Source: Verrucomicrobiota bacterium (GTDB lineage Bacteria > Verrucomicrobiota > Verrucomicrobiia > Opitutales > Oceanipulchritudinaceae). From it: a DNA stretch of 64,000 nt. This document shows positions 1 through 12,390 of the stretch, in pieces. Made by a program: the position numbers and the translations under genes. Below the pieces are notes generated by a model. It did not search any database. It was not told where the DNA came from and saw only the letters and a program-made list of their open reading frames with translations. The first letter of the stretch is position 1; every line of letters starts with the position of its first letter. The stretch lies in assembly GCA_021208135.1 (NCBI GenBank), contig JAJOKB010000081.1, positions 488-64,487 of the forward strand, in the 5' to 3' direction.

Positions 1-442
1 GCTGCAAGCTGGCTTGGCCTGGTTTATCTCCCTTCCATTGCTGGGAGCCATTGCGGGTTCGGCTCCGCTCAACGCCCTGGATATTTTTGGTATGGGCTTG
101 TTTTTACTGGGGTTTGCTTTTGAGGCAGTCGGCGATGCTCAGCTCAGCCGTTTCAAAAGTAATCCCGGCAACGCTGGAAAAGTTCTGGATTCAGGGCTGT
201 GGCGGTACACCAGGCACCCCAATTACTTCGGCAATTTCTGTATTTGGTGGGGCTTCTATGCTTTGGCATTGGGGGCAGGTGCCTGGTGGACTTTGCCGGC
301 TCCGTTGCTGATGACGTTTTTGTTGCTCAAGGTTTCCGGGGTAGCCTTGCTGGAAAAAGACATTGGTGAGCGGCGACCTGCGTACACAGCCTATATCAAG
401 CGTACCTCGGCCTTTTTTCCCTGGCCTCCGAAAAAGTTTTAG
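1..442 (+). CDS. DUF1295 / steroid-5-alpha-reductase-like integral membrane protein, C-terminal part (5' end outside window)
   Basis: The frame is open from the window edge to TAG at 440-442. The protein has hydrophobic segments and the motif WRYTRHPNYFGNF, typical of the DUF1295/ICMT-like membrane enzyme superfamily. Confidence 0.6.
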   Translation, partial: LQAGLAWFISLPLLGAIAGSAPLNALDIFGMGLFLLGFAFEAVGDAQLSRFKSNPGNAGKVLDSGLWRYTRHPNYFGNFCIWWGFYALALGAGAWWTLPAPLLMTFLLLKVSGVALLEKDIGERRPAYTAYIKRTSAFFPWPPKKF

Positions 443-474
443 AGGGTTGGTCGCCAAATGATCGCCTCACTGAA

Positions 475-511
475 CCATTTCCGGTTTATGTTCCGGAAAA
501 TGGAATTTTTT
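475..511 (+). terminator. Rho-independent terminator candidate after the DUF1295-like gene
   Basis: Stem CCATTTCCGG (475-484) pairs with CCGGAAAATGG (493-503) with one bulge and an 8 nt loop, followed by a T run at 506-511. Confidence 0.5.
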
Positions 512-589
512 GCATTGCCCTAAATTCGTTGACTTAACCCACTGTGCGTTAACTATCTGGGCTTTTCCGAACAACGTTCACACAAATAG

Positions 590-1905
<1,316 letters not shown>

Positions 1906-1929
1906 GCCTGTTGTTTCTGTATTTTGCAC

Positions 1930-1961
1930 AGCCCGCTTGAGCCATCAAGCGGGCTTTTTTG
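1930..1961 (+). terminator. Rho-independent terminator after eno
   Basis: AGCCCGCTTGA (1930-1940), loop GCCA, TCAAGCGGGCT (1945-1955), then a T6 run. Confidence 0.75.
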
Positions 1962-2040
1962 TGTTTGCCGACCCGACGGATTGCAGTTGAAGACTTCTTT
2001 TCCAACTATCTGCTTGAAATGGCAAAAGGTACAGTACCTT

Positions 2041-3200
2041 ATGTTTGGCATCATGGCATTGGAACCCGAAGTACTGAATCAGTTTGACGAGATAACGCGC
2101 CGCGCCGGTTACCTGTGGAGGTATCTTTGACGTCCCGGGCAAACAAAAGCAAATAGCGGAGTTAGAAGCCCGCATGGGTGCGCCCGGCTTCTGGGATAGC
2201 CAGGAGAAAGCCAATGCAGTGGTCAGCCAGGTGAGCCATCTCAAGGGCTTAACCGGTCCCATCTCACGCTTTACCCTCGAGGTGGAAGACCTGAAGGTGA
2301 TGATTGAGCTGTGCGAGGAGGCTGATGAGGGCGAACGTGAGTTGTACGAGTCTGAGGTCATCGAATCGGTGAAGCGGATGCGCGCCACTATCGAGGAGCT
2401 TGAAATATCCAGTTTTCTGACTGGGAAAATGGATAAGAACAACGCGATTCTGAGTATCAACGCTGGGCCGGTGGCACTGAGTCCTGCGATTGGGCGGATA
2501 TGCTGTTGCGCATGTACACGCGCTGGGCAGAGCGGTCAGGCTTCAAGGTTGAAGTTGAGGATATCGCTCCCGGAGACGAAGCGGGGATCAGCAGTGCTAC
2601 TTTGCGCATTGTTGGACCGAATGCCTACGGCTATGCCAAGGCCGAGCGCGGTGTTCACCGCCTGGTCCGCATCAGTCCGTTTGATTCCAATGCCAGACGG
2701 CACACCAGTTTCTGTGCGGTGGACGTGATCGCAGAAGTCGATGATGACATTGATGTCGAAATTCGCGAAGAAGATTTACGCATCGATACCTATCGGTCCT
2801 CTGGAAAGGGTGGTCAGCACGTCAATAAGACCGATTCAGCGGTCCGATTGACCCACTTGCCCAGCGGTTTGGTGGTGGCCTGTCAGAATGAGCGTTCCCA
2901 GCACAAGAATAAGGCCTCGGCGATGAAGCTGTTGAAGAGCAGACTGTATGAAAAAAATGCAGGATGAAAAAACGTGCTGAAATGGAAAAGTTTTATGGTG
3001 ACAAGGGCGAAATAGGGTGGGGCAACCAAATCCGGTCCTACGTTTTCCAGCCGTACCAAATGGTAAAAGATTTGCGCACCGGGGTGGACACCTCGAATGT
3101 TCAGGCAGTCATGGATGGCGATCTCAAGCGGTTTATTCACTCCTGGTTGCGGGCAGGTTGTCCCAAGCACCGCAACAAGGACATCAAGGTTGAGGATTAA
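2041..3200 (+). CDS. prfB: Peptide chain release factor 2, with a programmed +1 frameshift at 2125-2131 and two further apparent 1-nt deletions (2465-2467 and 2951-2957)
   Basis: A short frame-0 ORF ends ...[11 protein letters not shown]. The +1 frame continues [28 protein letters not shown]. Later pieces read NAG(A)[29 protein letters not shown] and contain the [19 protein letters not shown] (GGQ) motif, then [23 protein letters not shown]. The start could be ATG 2041 or ATG 2053. Confidence 0.93.
2117..2131 (+). promoter_or_regulatory. prfB autoregulatory +1 ribosomal frameshift site (internal SD-like GGAGG, then TAT CTT TGA C)
   Basis: The sequence GGAGGTATCTTTGAC matches the classical RF2 recoding cassette: an SD-like element 3 nt before CUU, then an in-frame UGA followed by C. 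Confidence 0.9.
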
Positions 3201-3201
3201 G

Positions 3202-4617
3202 ATGGAATCGGCGCGTGGACTGAGCTTTGAAAAGGTTACCGAGGCATTTGCCGGGACGCCCCTTTTTGAGGACAAGACTTGGCGTTACGCGCCAAATCCT
3301 TGGCAACTCAAGCCTGAAGAAGCGGGTGAAATTGAGTTGATTGGTCAAGCGTGTCTGGAGTTTTACCGCGCTCTGGAATTGTTGTATCTGCGCTCTTCTG
3401 ACGGTCGTAACATATTGCGCAACAAGGAATTGCAGGTTCCTTGGGTCGCGGCTTATCTCGATCGCGGCAAGCCAGAGCGGTTAGTCGCGCATTCCAGGCA
3501 CAAGGCCGTGCGCGGTCAACTGCCTCTGGTCATCCGCCCGGACCTATTGATGACGGAGGACGGGTTTGCCCTCACGGAAATGGATAGTGTGCCTGGCGGG
3601 ATTGGGTTGACGGCATTCCTGAATGAACTTTACCAGGATATTCCTGGGTTGATTGGCCGAACAACGGGCCATGGAAGAGGCCTTTTATGAAGGATTGGCC
3701 GCTCTGGCTCCTCAAGAAGTGCTGCCAACGATTGCAATCGTGGTCTCCGATGAGGCAGCGACTATCGCCCGGAAATGGAATGGCTGGCCCGGCGTTGGCA
3801 GGAACTGGGACGGAGCGTCTATGTTGTGCATCCATCGGAATTATTCCCAATCGCCGACACTTTGTGCATGGATGTGAACGGTAATCCCACTCAGGTGCAC
3901 GTGATTTATCGGTTTTGGGAATTGTTTGATCTGCCTAACCTGCCCTTGGCTAACATGATTATGGATTTGGTCGAGTCGGGTGAATTGGCTGTGACTCCAC
4001 CGATGAGGCATTTTCAGGAAGAAAAGCTGAATCTTGCTTTGTTTCACCATCATTTGCTGCAAGACTTCTGGCGTGAAAATCTTTCCAAGCGCGTGCTGAA
4101 GCTATTGAAAAAAATCATTCCTCAGGGTTGGATTGTGGATCCGGTGGATTTGCCGCCCAATGCGGTACTGGATGCTCCACTGGTGGGCGGACGCCCCATT
4201 TATCGTTGGCAGCAATTGGCCGAAGCATCACAAAAGGAGCGCAACCTGATCCTCAAACTGAGCGGTTTTCATGAAAACGCCTGGGGCGCTCGCAGCGTTT
4301 TGTTAGGTTCCGACGCCTCGCGCGGCGAATGGGAAGATGGACTGTCCGAGGCCATTGAAGGCGCTGCAACGCATCTGCACATCTTGCAGGAGTATCGCAA
4401 ACCTCGACGCGATGAGTTTTCTGTATTTACCGCCCAAGGTGAAGTGCGCGGAATGCAGGGCAGGGTACGGTTGTGTCCCTATTATTTCGTTTCCAAAGAC
4501 GCTGCCCCATTGCAAGGTGTGTTGGCCACTTTCTGCCCGGCTGACAAAAAAATAATCCACGGTATGCGCGACGCAGCGATGCTGCCTGCCTGTGTGGTGC
4601 AGCCGAATCTTTCCTAA
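3202..4617 (+). CDS. Conserved hypothetical protein, possibly ATP-grasp-like (glutathionylspermidine-synthase / circularly permuted ATP-grasp-like); two apparent frame breaks (~3650-3665 and ~3750-3775)
   Basis: Three collinear ORF pieces (3097-3690, 3653-3877, 3775-4617) join into one reading. The segment RPDLLMTEDGFALTEMDSVPGGIGLTAFL resembles the nucleotide-binding strand-loop of ATP-grasp ligases. The functional call is weak. Confidence 0.4.
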
Positions 4618-4623
4618 AATCCC

Positions 4624-6538
4624 ATGAGTGATCTTATCAAGCACGAGTGCGGCATTGCCCTTATCCGACTAAAAAAAGCCATTGGCTTGGTTTGTGGAGA
4701 AGTATGGCTCGCCGTTGTACCCGTTTAACAAGCTGTTTCTTCTGATGGAAAAGCAGCATAACCGCGGTCAGGACGGCGCAGGAATTGGTTGCGTGAAGCT
4801 GGATACGCCGCTGGGCCGCAACTATATGTTCCGCGCGCGCCAACTGGAGGACAACTCACTGAGCAGGCTGTTTCGCAAGGAGCTGAAGCGCTACGACAAG
4901 ATGGTGCGTCAGGGGGTGCTTGATCCCAAGGACCCTGAATCGGTGAAAGAGCATTTTGATTTCGGCGGGGAAATCCTGTTGGGGCATTTGCGTTACGGGA
5001 CCTCAGGAGTGTTTTCCGAGAGTTCCTGTCATCCCTATTTTCGCCGCAGCAATTGGCCTACGCGCAATCTGATGGTGTGCGGTAATTTCAACATGACCAA
5101 TACCGGTGAGTTAAACCGCATTCTTATTCGTCGTGGCCAGCACCCGATCTTTGACACTGACACGCAAACTGTTCTTGAAGAAATCGGGTTTCACCTGGAT
5201 GAGGCCCACGATGAAATTTATCACGAGATGCGTGGCAAGGTGCCAGGTGAGGAGATTCCAGCCATTATTTCCAAGCGCCTTGATATGCCCGCTATTTTGA
5301 CGGAAAGCGCAAAAGTTTGGGATGGTGGATATGTCATTGCCGGAATGGTTGGCAATGGTGACGCCTTTGTGATGCGCGATCCCGCTGGCATTCGTCCATG
5401 TCATTATTTTGAAAATGAGGAGCTGATCGCTTTCGCATCTGAACGGGTACCGTTAATGACGGTATTTGACCTTGAAAAAGACGAGGTCAGCGAAGTGCCA
5501 CCCGGTGTTGTGGTATCGATGAAAAATTCCGGCGCGGTTACCCAGTCGCGATTTGCCCCCGAGCGTGCCCCCGCCCCCTGCTCGTTTGAGCGCATTTACT
5601 TCTCCAGAGGCAACGATCCTGACATTTATCACGAGCGCAAAGCTCTTGGGGGTGCCTTGACACCGCAAATTCTGGAAGCCATCGATTACGACTTGCAGAA
5701 CTCGGTTTTTAGTTTTATTCCCAATACCGCAGAGGTGGCGGCCTATGGCTTGCTGCAGGAATTGAGACTGTATCGGCGCCGACGTGTCAAAGAACACATC
5801 CTTGAAGCGCAAAAACACGGTCAACTCAGCGAGGCGATGTTGGATCAGATGATTTTGCACAACTGGCCCAGGATGGAAAAGATAGCGCACAAAGACATCA
5901 AGTTGCGCACTTTCATCTCTCAGGAGAGCGGTCGCAGTAAGCTGGTGTCGCACATTTACGACATCACCTACGAAGCGGTTAGTCCGCATGAAAATCTGGT
6001 GGTTTTGGATGATTCGATTGTGCGTGGTACTACCTTGCGGCAGTCGATCATTAAAATGTTGGCGCGCACCCGTCCGAAAAAAATCGTCATCGCATCCACC
6101 GCCCCGCAAATCCGTTATCCGGATTGTTACGGCATCGACATGAGTGAACTGGGCAAATTCATCGCCTTTCAGGCGGCCATTGATCTGCTCAAGTCGCAAG
6201 GAAAACAAGCCCATATTGACGCTGTTTATCAGGCTTGCCTCGAGGAAGTGGCCAAGCCCACACATCTGCAGGTCAATCAAGTGAAGGGCATCTACAGTCC
6301 CTTCAGTGCCGAGGTCATTTCTGAGCGCATTGCCCAGCTATTGCGTCCCCGCGACACCGAGTGGGATGGAGAACTGAGCATTGTTTTTCAAACCATAGAC
6401 AATCTGCATGCCTCCATTCCCGTGCACCGCGGTGATTGGTACTTTACTGGCAATTATCCGACGCCTGGAGGCACGATGATCGCCAATCGCGCATTCATCG
6501 ATTATTACGAACAGCGCACCGGTCGTTCTTACGATTGA
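4624..6538 (+). CDS. purF: Amidophosphoribosyltransferase (long class II glutamine amidotransferase type), with an apparent 1-nt insertion in the A7 run at 4671-4677
   Basis: ATG 4624 gives MSDLIKHE-CGIALIRLKK, a propeptide followed by the N-terminal nucleophile Cys. After the A run the frame continues PLAWFVEKYGSPLY...HNRGQDGAGIG. The C-terminal half carries a PRTase motif, VVLDDSIVRGTT. Confidence 0.9.
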
Positions 6539-6569
6539 AAATTCTCCCAACCCCACATTTGCTGAAACC

Positions 6570-7639
6570 ATGTCGCAAACAAAAGCATACGCACAGGCCG
6601 GTGTTGATATCGCACTGGCAGACCAATTGCTCAACGAGATAAAACCTGCATTGAAACTCGCGGTTCGTCCTGAATCCCTTGGCGCTATCGGAGGCTTTGG
6701 CGGTCTATTTGACATGACCAAAGTGAAGACTTCACAACCCGTTTTGGTGAGTTCGACCGATAGTGTCGGCACCAAAGTTAAAGTTGCCACCATGACCGGG
6801 GAGTACCGCTGGTTGGGTGCGGATATTGTCAATCACTGCAGCAACGATATCGCCGTGTGTGGTGCCGAGCCCTTGTTTTTTCTCGATTATTTTGCCACGG
6901 CAAAGCTGACCCGAGAATGCTACGTTCCTTTGCTCAAAGGGCTCGCCAATGCCTGTCGCAAAGGCAATGTCGCTTTGGTGGGTGGCGAAACCGCTGAGCT
7001 GCCTGGCGTCTATGCCAATGAAGAATTCGATTTAGTTGGTACCATTGTCGGTGTGGTGAGTAAGCCGAAAATTTTGGATAAACGCGCAGTGCGCAAAGGG
7101 GATGTGCTAATTGGTCTGGGATCGAGTGGTCTTCACACCAACGGTTATTCTTTGGCGCGAAAGATTCTGTTTCAGGATCTCGGATTGCAGGTGAACAGCC
7201 CACTGCCTGGCAGTCGCTCCACCGTTGGTGCTGCCTTGATGCAGCCGCATATCAATTACGCACCTTTCCTGTTGGATGCATACGGCAAATTGAATACCGC
7301 GCGCAACTCAAGCCAACGCAAAGGTAATAACATCTTCGCGGTCGCACACATCACCGGCGGCGGCATTACTGGCAATTTGCCAAGAGTGTTGCCTCCCGAA
7401 TTGGACGCCCACGTGGATACCAAGTCCTGGAAACGTCCGGCCATTTTCAATTTCTTTGCCTCGCAAAACAGCGTATCCTTGAGGAATTGCACGAGGTGTT
7501 CAATATGGGGATCGGGCTGATTATGGCAGTATGTCCGCACAGCGTCGATGCCATTATGGATTTGGCCCGCCACCACAAACACAAGCCCTTCCGCATCGGC
7601 GAAGTGCAATCAGGAAGCGGAAAGGTTGTGTTGTCCTGA
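6570..7639 (+). CDS. purM: Phosphoribosylformylglycinamidine cyclo-ligase (AIR synthetase), with an apparent 1-nt deletion near 7480-7481
   Basis: The protein reads YAQAGVDIALADQLL...GAIGGFGGLFDM...SSTDSVGTKVKVA...HITGGGITGNLPRVLP. After the shift the tail reads EELHEVFNMGIGLIMAVCPH...RIGEVQSGSGKVVLS, ending at TGA 7637-7639. Confidence 0.9.
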
Positions 7640-7693
7640 TCCGGGCAAAATTCCGATTTGGCACTCTCCTAGTGAGGAGATCGTGATAACAGC

Positions 7694-7972
7694 TTGAAAA
7701 GCTCTGCAATCACCATACCACTATTAGCAGTGGAATCTGCAAATCCAGTTCAAGCGCGGATGTTGGGCATTGGCCTCGACAATTCCGATGGACATCGCCG
7801 CATAACCCGTGGCGAGCGGTTTTCTGTTGTCGGTGGCTCGGAAGAAACCCACGACAAAATGACTGAGACGCTCATCAAAACCTTTGAGGAGCTGAAACAT
7901 CGGGGCAAGGATCTCAATGACACGGATCCGCGCGAGCTTGCTGAAATTTTGCACAAAACAACACCTCGTTAA
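7694..7972 (+). CDS. Small hypothetical protein upstream of trxA (start uncertain: TTG 7694 or ATG 7760)
   Basis: An open frame of 92 aa (70 aa from ATG 7760) lies 16 nt before trxA on the same strand. The sequence LGIGLDNSDGHRRITRGERFSVVGGSEETHDKMTE looks like a real globular protein, but I cannot name a family. Confidence 0.45.
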   Translation: MKSSAITIPLLAVESANPVQARMLGIGLDNSDGHRRITRGERFSVVGGSEETHDKMTETLIKTFEELKHRGKDLNDTDPRELAEILHKTTPR

Positions 7973-7988
7973 TTAGAAAGACAAACCC

Positions 7989-8312
7989 ATGGCCGAAGGC
8001 ATTATCAACATAACAGAACCTAACTTTGACAGCGTCGTCGCCAAATCCGACAAACCGGTTTTGGTGGACTTTTGGGCCCCATGGTGCGGCCCTTGCCGTT
8101 CCATTGCTCCTATTCTTGAAGATATGGCCAAGGAATTGGGCGACCAAGCGGTTATCGCCAAAGTAAACATTGATGACAACCGCGGTTTGGCCGACCGTTT
8201 CAGCATCAGGGCCATTCCTACCATTCTCTTTTTCAAGGATGGTCAGGTAAAGGACCAAGTCGTCGGTTTGGCCAACAAGGAAGCTCTTGTTGCCAAAATC
8301 AAGGCGCTCTAG
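7989..8312 (+). CDS. trxA: Thioredoxin
   Basis: 107 aa with the WAPWCGPCR active site and the AKVNIDDN...IRAIPTILFFKDGQ thioredoxin fold signature. Confidence 0.94.
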   Translation: MAEGIINITEPNFDSVVAKSDKPVLVDFWAPWCGPCRSIAPILEDMAKELGDQAVIAKVNIDDNRGLADRFSIRAIPTILFFKDGQVKDQVVGLANKEALVAKIKAL

Positions 8313-8333
8313 TCTAAATTTGTCGCCAAAAGC

Positions 8334-8362
8334 AAAAAGGGGCTCCTTTCGAGCCCCTTTTT
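8334..8362. terminator. Bidirectional terminator between convergent trxA and glyQS
   Basis: An A5 run precedes stem GGGGCTC (8339-8345), loop CTTTC and stem GAGCCCC (8351-8357), followed by a T5 run. The element is symmetric, so it could act on both strands. Confidence 0.65.
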
Positions 8363-8367
8363 CGTTA

Positions 8368-9886
8368 TTACAATCTTTCAGCCAGCCAGGTCTCAACTTG
8401 GCTGATTGGGATGCGCACCTGTTCGGTGGTATCGCGATCACGAATAGTGACGCAATCGTCCTTTTCCAGGGTATCGAAATCGACCGTAATCCCGTAAGGC
8501 GTGCCGATTTCATCCTGACGCCGGTATCTGCGCCCGATGGCACCAGAGACGTCCCAGGCAATGTTCCAGCGTTTTTGCAGTTTAGTGAATAGGTCGCGTG
8601 CCTTGTCTACCAGTTCGGGCTTGTTTTTTACCAATGGAAACACCGCTGCTTTGTAGGGTGCTACGGATGGGTGGAACTTGAGAACCACGCGCTTTTCGCC
8701 ATCAATTTCATCTTCGTGATAAGCGGCAGTGAGCACGGCAAGCACGGTACGGTCAACCCCCAGTGAAGGCTCGATAACGTGCGGAATATACTTTTGTTTG
8801 CGCGCTTCATCAAAGAACTCCAAAGACTTGCCGCTGTGCTTTTGATGTTGCGAAAGGTCGAAATCACCACGGCAGGCAATACCCCACAGTTCCTGAACAC
8901 CAAAAGGGAAGTGGAAAGTGAGGTCAGTCGTTCCTTTGGAATAGTGAGAGAGCTTTTCCTGCGGATGGACGTGTTCGCCGATCATATTAGCCGGAATGCC
9001 GATGGATTGCAGCCAATCCTTGGCCCAGTCGATCCAATAGCGGTACATGCGTGGCCAGGTTTCTTCGTCGGGATCGATGAAATATTCCAACTCCATCTGT
9101 TCAAATTCACGCGAACGGAAGATGAAATTGCGCGGAGTAATTTCATTCCGGAAGGCTTTGCCTATTTGCGCGATGCCAAAAGGAATCTTCACCCGACCCG
9201 TATCCACAATATTCTTAAAGCACTGGAATATACCCTGTGCGGTTTCCGGCCGTAAATAGGCGGTGGCTGATTCATCTGCCAATGGGCCCACCTTGGTTTC
9301 AAACATCAAGTTGAATTGTCTCGGCGGAGTGAGAACTCCGGTCTCTCCGGTCGCAGGACTTGGAATCAGTGCCCATTCTTCAGGCTTTGCCTCGGTATAA
9401 TCCCGCAATTGCACTGGGGCCAATTCGCCTTGAACGCCTTGTTTGCGTTTCATGGTGAGCGCGATATCCTGAGCTTTTTCTTCCATACCATCGCACTCTT
9501 CGATGGACAGGTATCCGATCACGTTACCATCGACTGTGACAGGGGAGTAGAATAACTGGTCGGCCCGATAGCGTTTTTTTCGAGGATTTGCAATCCACCA
9601 TGGGATCGCTAAAACCACCAACGTGTCCAGAAGCCCGCCAGATCTCGGGGTGCATGATAATTGTGCTATCCATGCCGACAACGTCTTCGCGCTGGTGTAC
9701 CAATGCCCGCCACCACGCTTGCTTGACGTTGTTTTTTAGTTCCACACCAAGAGGTCCATAATCAAAAAAGCCGGCGTAGCCGCCATAAATTTCACTGGAC
9801 TGGAAAATAAAGCCGCGCCGTTTGCACAGCGTGACCAAGGTTTCCATGGTGGGTACCGGTTGGGAGGTGGAAGTTGAATCTGACAT
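8368..9886 (-). CDS. glyQS: Glycine--tRNA ligase (homodimeric alpha2 type), with an apparent 1-nt insertion in the T7/A7 run at 9574-9580
   Basis: The N-terminal piece reads [37 protein letters not shown]...[22 protein letters not shown]. It continues as [10 protein letters not shown]...[11 protein letters not shown]...[11 protein letters not shown]...EPSLGVDR, which carries the class II GlyRS motifs. Confidence 0.92.
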
Positions 9887-9931
9887 AAGCTAGCCAAAGT
9901 GCAGAGTGGCTGCTGTTCGGTCAAGCTTTGC

Positions 9932-12390
9932 CTAAGGCAAGTACACGCGCAGCGAAAAATCATCCGCATAAATCACGTCACCTGGCAACATGCGTCGCAC
10001 AATCAGTTTGATTCTCACCTGAGTCGCCTCAGAAGGGGCGACGTCGGCAACCAATAGTGGGTGCCAGTCCTGGCCAGCTCCCGGAGGCATCCGGTCGCGG
10101 CTGGCTCTACCAATGGGGCGCCAATGGGCATCGTACCAGGACAATTCCAGGATCACTTCTGGGTTCGGGCTCACTTGCCCCTTAACGTACAGCGACGCGG
10201 TGAGTTCATGTCCTGGGGCGACATTGAGAACCGTAGTCAAATAGTGATAGCCGGCTTGGCGCACAACATAGGATCGATTACCGGTGCGGGCAGTGTAATC
10301 GACTACAGCGGTGCTAGCTCCCTCCCAGGGAACCATGATTTGCTGCCAAAATTGCAAACTGTTTTCATGTTCAAAGCTGCCATCAGCAAGCGTTTCAAAA
10401 AATTCTTCGGTTTTGCTCCAGGTTGTTGTGAGGGTGTTGAGCGAGGTAAAGCCAGGCCACCGCGTAACTGTCTGTTGCAGCCGTTTCAGGTCGTTGGGTG
10501 TGCCGTGTTGCCGGATCCAGTGCGCGGCGCGATAGGCGAGTTTGGGTACAGGACTGGCGTTGAATACCCAGTGGGTGCGGTGCATGGCAGCGTTGAGGTC
10601 AAGCTCATTGCCGCCAATTGTGGCCTTGGTAAGCTCGTCCAAGGTTACCTTCAGCGCAATGTGCTCCTGAAGTTCGGTCAACAGGGTTTCAAATTCAGTG
10701 CGGTTGTTCACATGCAAGGCTTCCAGATCCCATCTGTTGTGCATGAAGGTCCAAAATGCCTCGGTAATGGTGAAGGCCTCTTCAGTTATTGCGACCGCAG
10801 CGCTATGACGCTGGTCTGCCGCAGCTTTCCGGGCCAGCTGCAGGTATTGGCGTAAGGCCGCCAAATCGTCGCCAGTGAACAATACGGCCTGATGCGCGTT
10901 GATGTAATATTTGATCCACTGTGCGGGTGGCGGTTGAGACATCCAGATTTGCTCACAACGCATGTAGAAATCAGCCATGTGAGGAGCTGCCGGGCCGTAC
11001 ATATGATGCAGAAATTTTTGCCATTCCTGAGTCATATCCATGTCAGTATCCCACAGCAAATTGAGCATGGCGTAGCTTTTCCATGTGTCGAAACCCCAGA
11101 TAGGATTCATTTGCGAAAAATAGGCTCGCAAGCCTTCTTGATGCATGTAGCGGATGCTTTCAATGAGTGCCCCATGTGCCAGTCTGGGTACCAAATACAT
11201 AGTGCCAAAAAAGTAGTCCCATGTACCGACTATTTCCGGGCCATTGTTCACCCAAGCCCGATGAGTTCCTTGTCCTCGCGCTTGAACTCAGGATCATACC
11301 ATTGACTGCGGTCTGCTGTCAGATACGGAATGATTTTCGGATGAACCGGGAAAGAGGGGACGTTTTCCGCATTGGCATAAGCCAGCGCACCCAGATAACG
11401 GTCTGGAAACTCAGCAGTCACGATTTCCGCAATGGCGTTGCTGAATGCAAACACTGTGTCGCTGTAATCCAGCATGCCCCGAAAGAAGCGATTGGGATCA
11501 AAATGAGGAAAGGATTCAGGAAATTCACCAAAGTCGTAGGAATCATTCAGTCCCAGTGAAAAACTGCGCGCATTGGGGTTATTGCGAAAATAACTCAGCG
11601 CGGCCTGGGCGAAAATTTCGGCTGTGCGCGGGTTGCTTAGATCGGGGTGGGCATTCTCTCCGGGCGACCGCGCGGTTGGCTTGCGCCTGCTTCCGTTTAT
11701 CAGCGCAAAAACCTCAGGTTCCTGCTCAAACAAAGCAGGCGTGAAAAATCGATGGATATTGTGATTGTAAGAGAAAAACTCGCGCATGCCGTTGCGCCTG
11801 GCCCACAAATTTGCTTGCTCGCGATGGCGTCCATTGAAGTCCGTGCGCCGGGAAAGGAACGAAGGGCTGTATTCTATGCGTCCCAGAGGCAGAGTAATTG
11901 CATCCTGGGGCGGAATAACTTCTCCCAAGGGTCCTGGCAGATACCAGCGCACCCCCAGTTGTTCACGCAGCCAAGCATACACTGCCAACTCTGTCGCCTG
12001 TGCATCCTGACCGTAGAGCAGAATTTGTCTGCTCCGAACTTCGTGAATAATCCGATCAAATCCCGTGGCATCCGGCAGCCCGTTGGCGCGGGCAGCTTCT
12101 GTGTGCCCGATGTGGATGCCACTGCTGTTATTGCGCCAGCTCTGCAATCTGACGGCTGGAGGTGCTTGTCCACTCATCTCCGCGAGAATACGTGCTGCAT
12201 CCTTGGCAACGGCACGCTCCACAGCGGTTGCGCTGCTTGGCAAGACGATGTCCGGCAGGCGTTGATTTGCGTCAAACAGCACCAGGGTATCGGCTGCTAC
12301 GGTTTGTCCCCAGTGAGAAAGAGCGTTCTTGATGGGCAGATAGGTCAATGCCACCATCAGAACCAGCAACGCCGGTAGCCAATCTTTCAT
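9932..12390 (-). CDS. DUF4838-type putative glycoside hydrolase with a C-terminal jelly-roll (CBM-like) domain; apparent 1-nt deletion near 11259-11260
   Basis: ORFs 11248-12390 and 9932-11251 join as ...EDKELI(R)AWVNNGPEIVGTWDYFFG. There is a signal peptide. The pattern WARRNGMRE..SYNHNIHRF..EPEVFA..ING.R...DLSNP...SLGLNDSYD...FSNAIAEIV...ALAYANAE matches my memory of DUF4838. The tail, ending DDFSLRVY, looks like a carbohydrate-binding beta-sandwich. Confidence 0.6.

Noticed and set aside
529-556. TTGACT ... TAACTAT as a sigma-70-type promoter for eno. A similar case is TTGACA at 15339-15344 upstream of the RRM gene.
   Set aside because: The -10 matches are poor or wrongly spaced, and promoter consensus for this lineage is uncertain. 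This is not supportable from sequence alone.
5453-6280. 275 aa minus-strand ORF. The same applies to 10061-10855(+), 11647-12378(+), 21364-22230(+), 26734-27459(+), 34676-35278(+), 35244-35771(+), 42057-42818(-), 47147-48016(-) and 56330-57184(-).
   Set aside because: Each lies entirely antisense to a gene with strong family signatures (purF, DUF4838, PL1, GH28, TBDR, ExbB-like, TBDR, atpD). Their translations are low-complexity or Arg/Gly/Ser-rich with no motifs. They are shadow ORFs.
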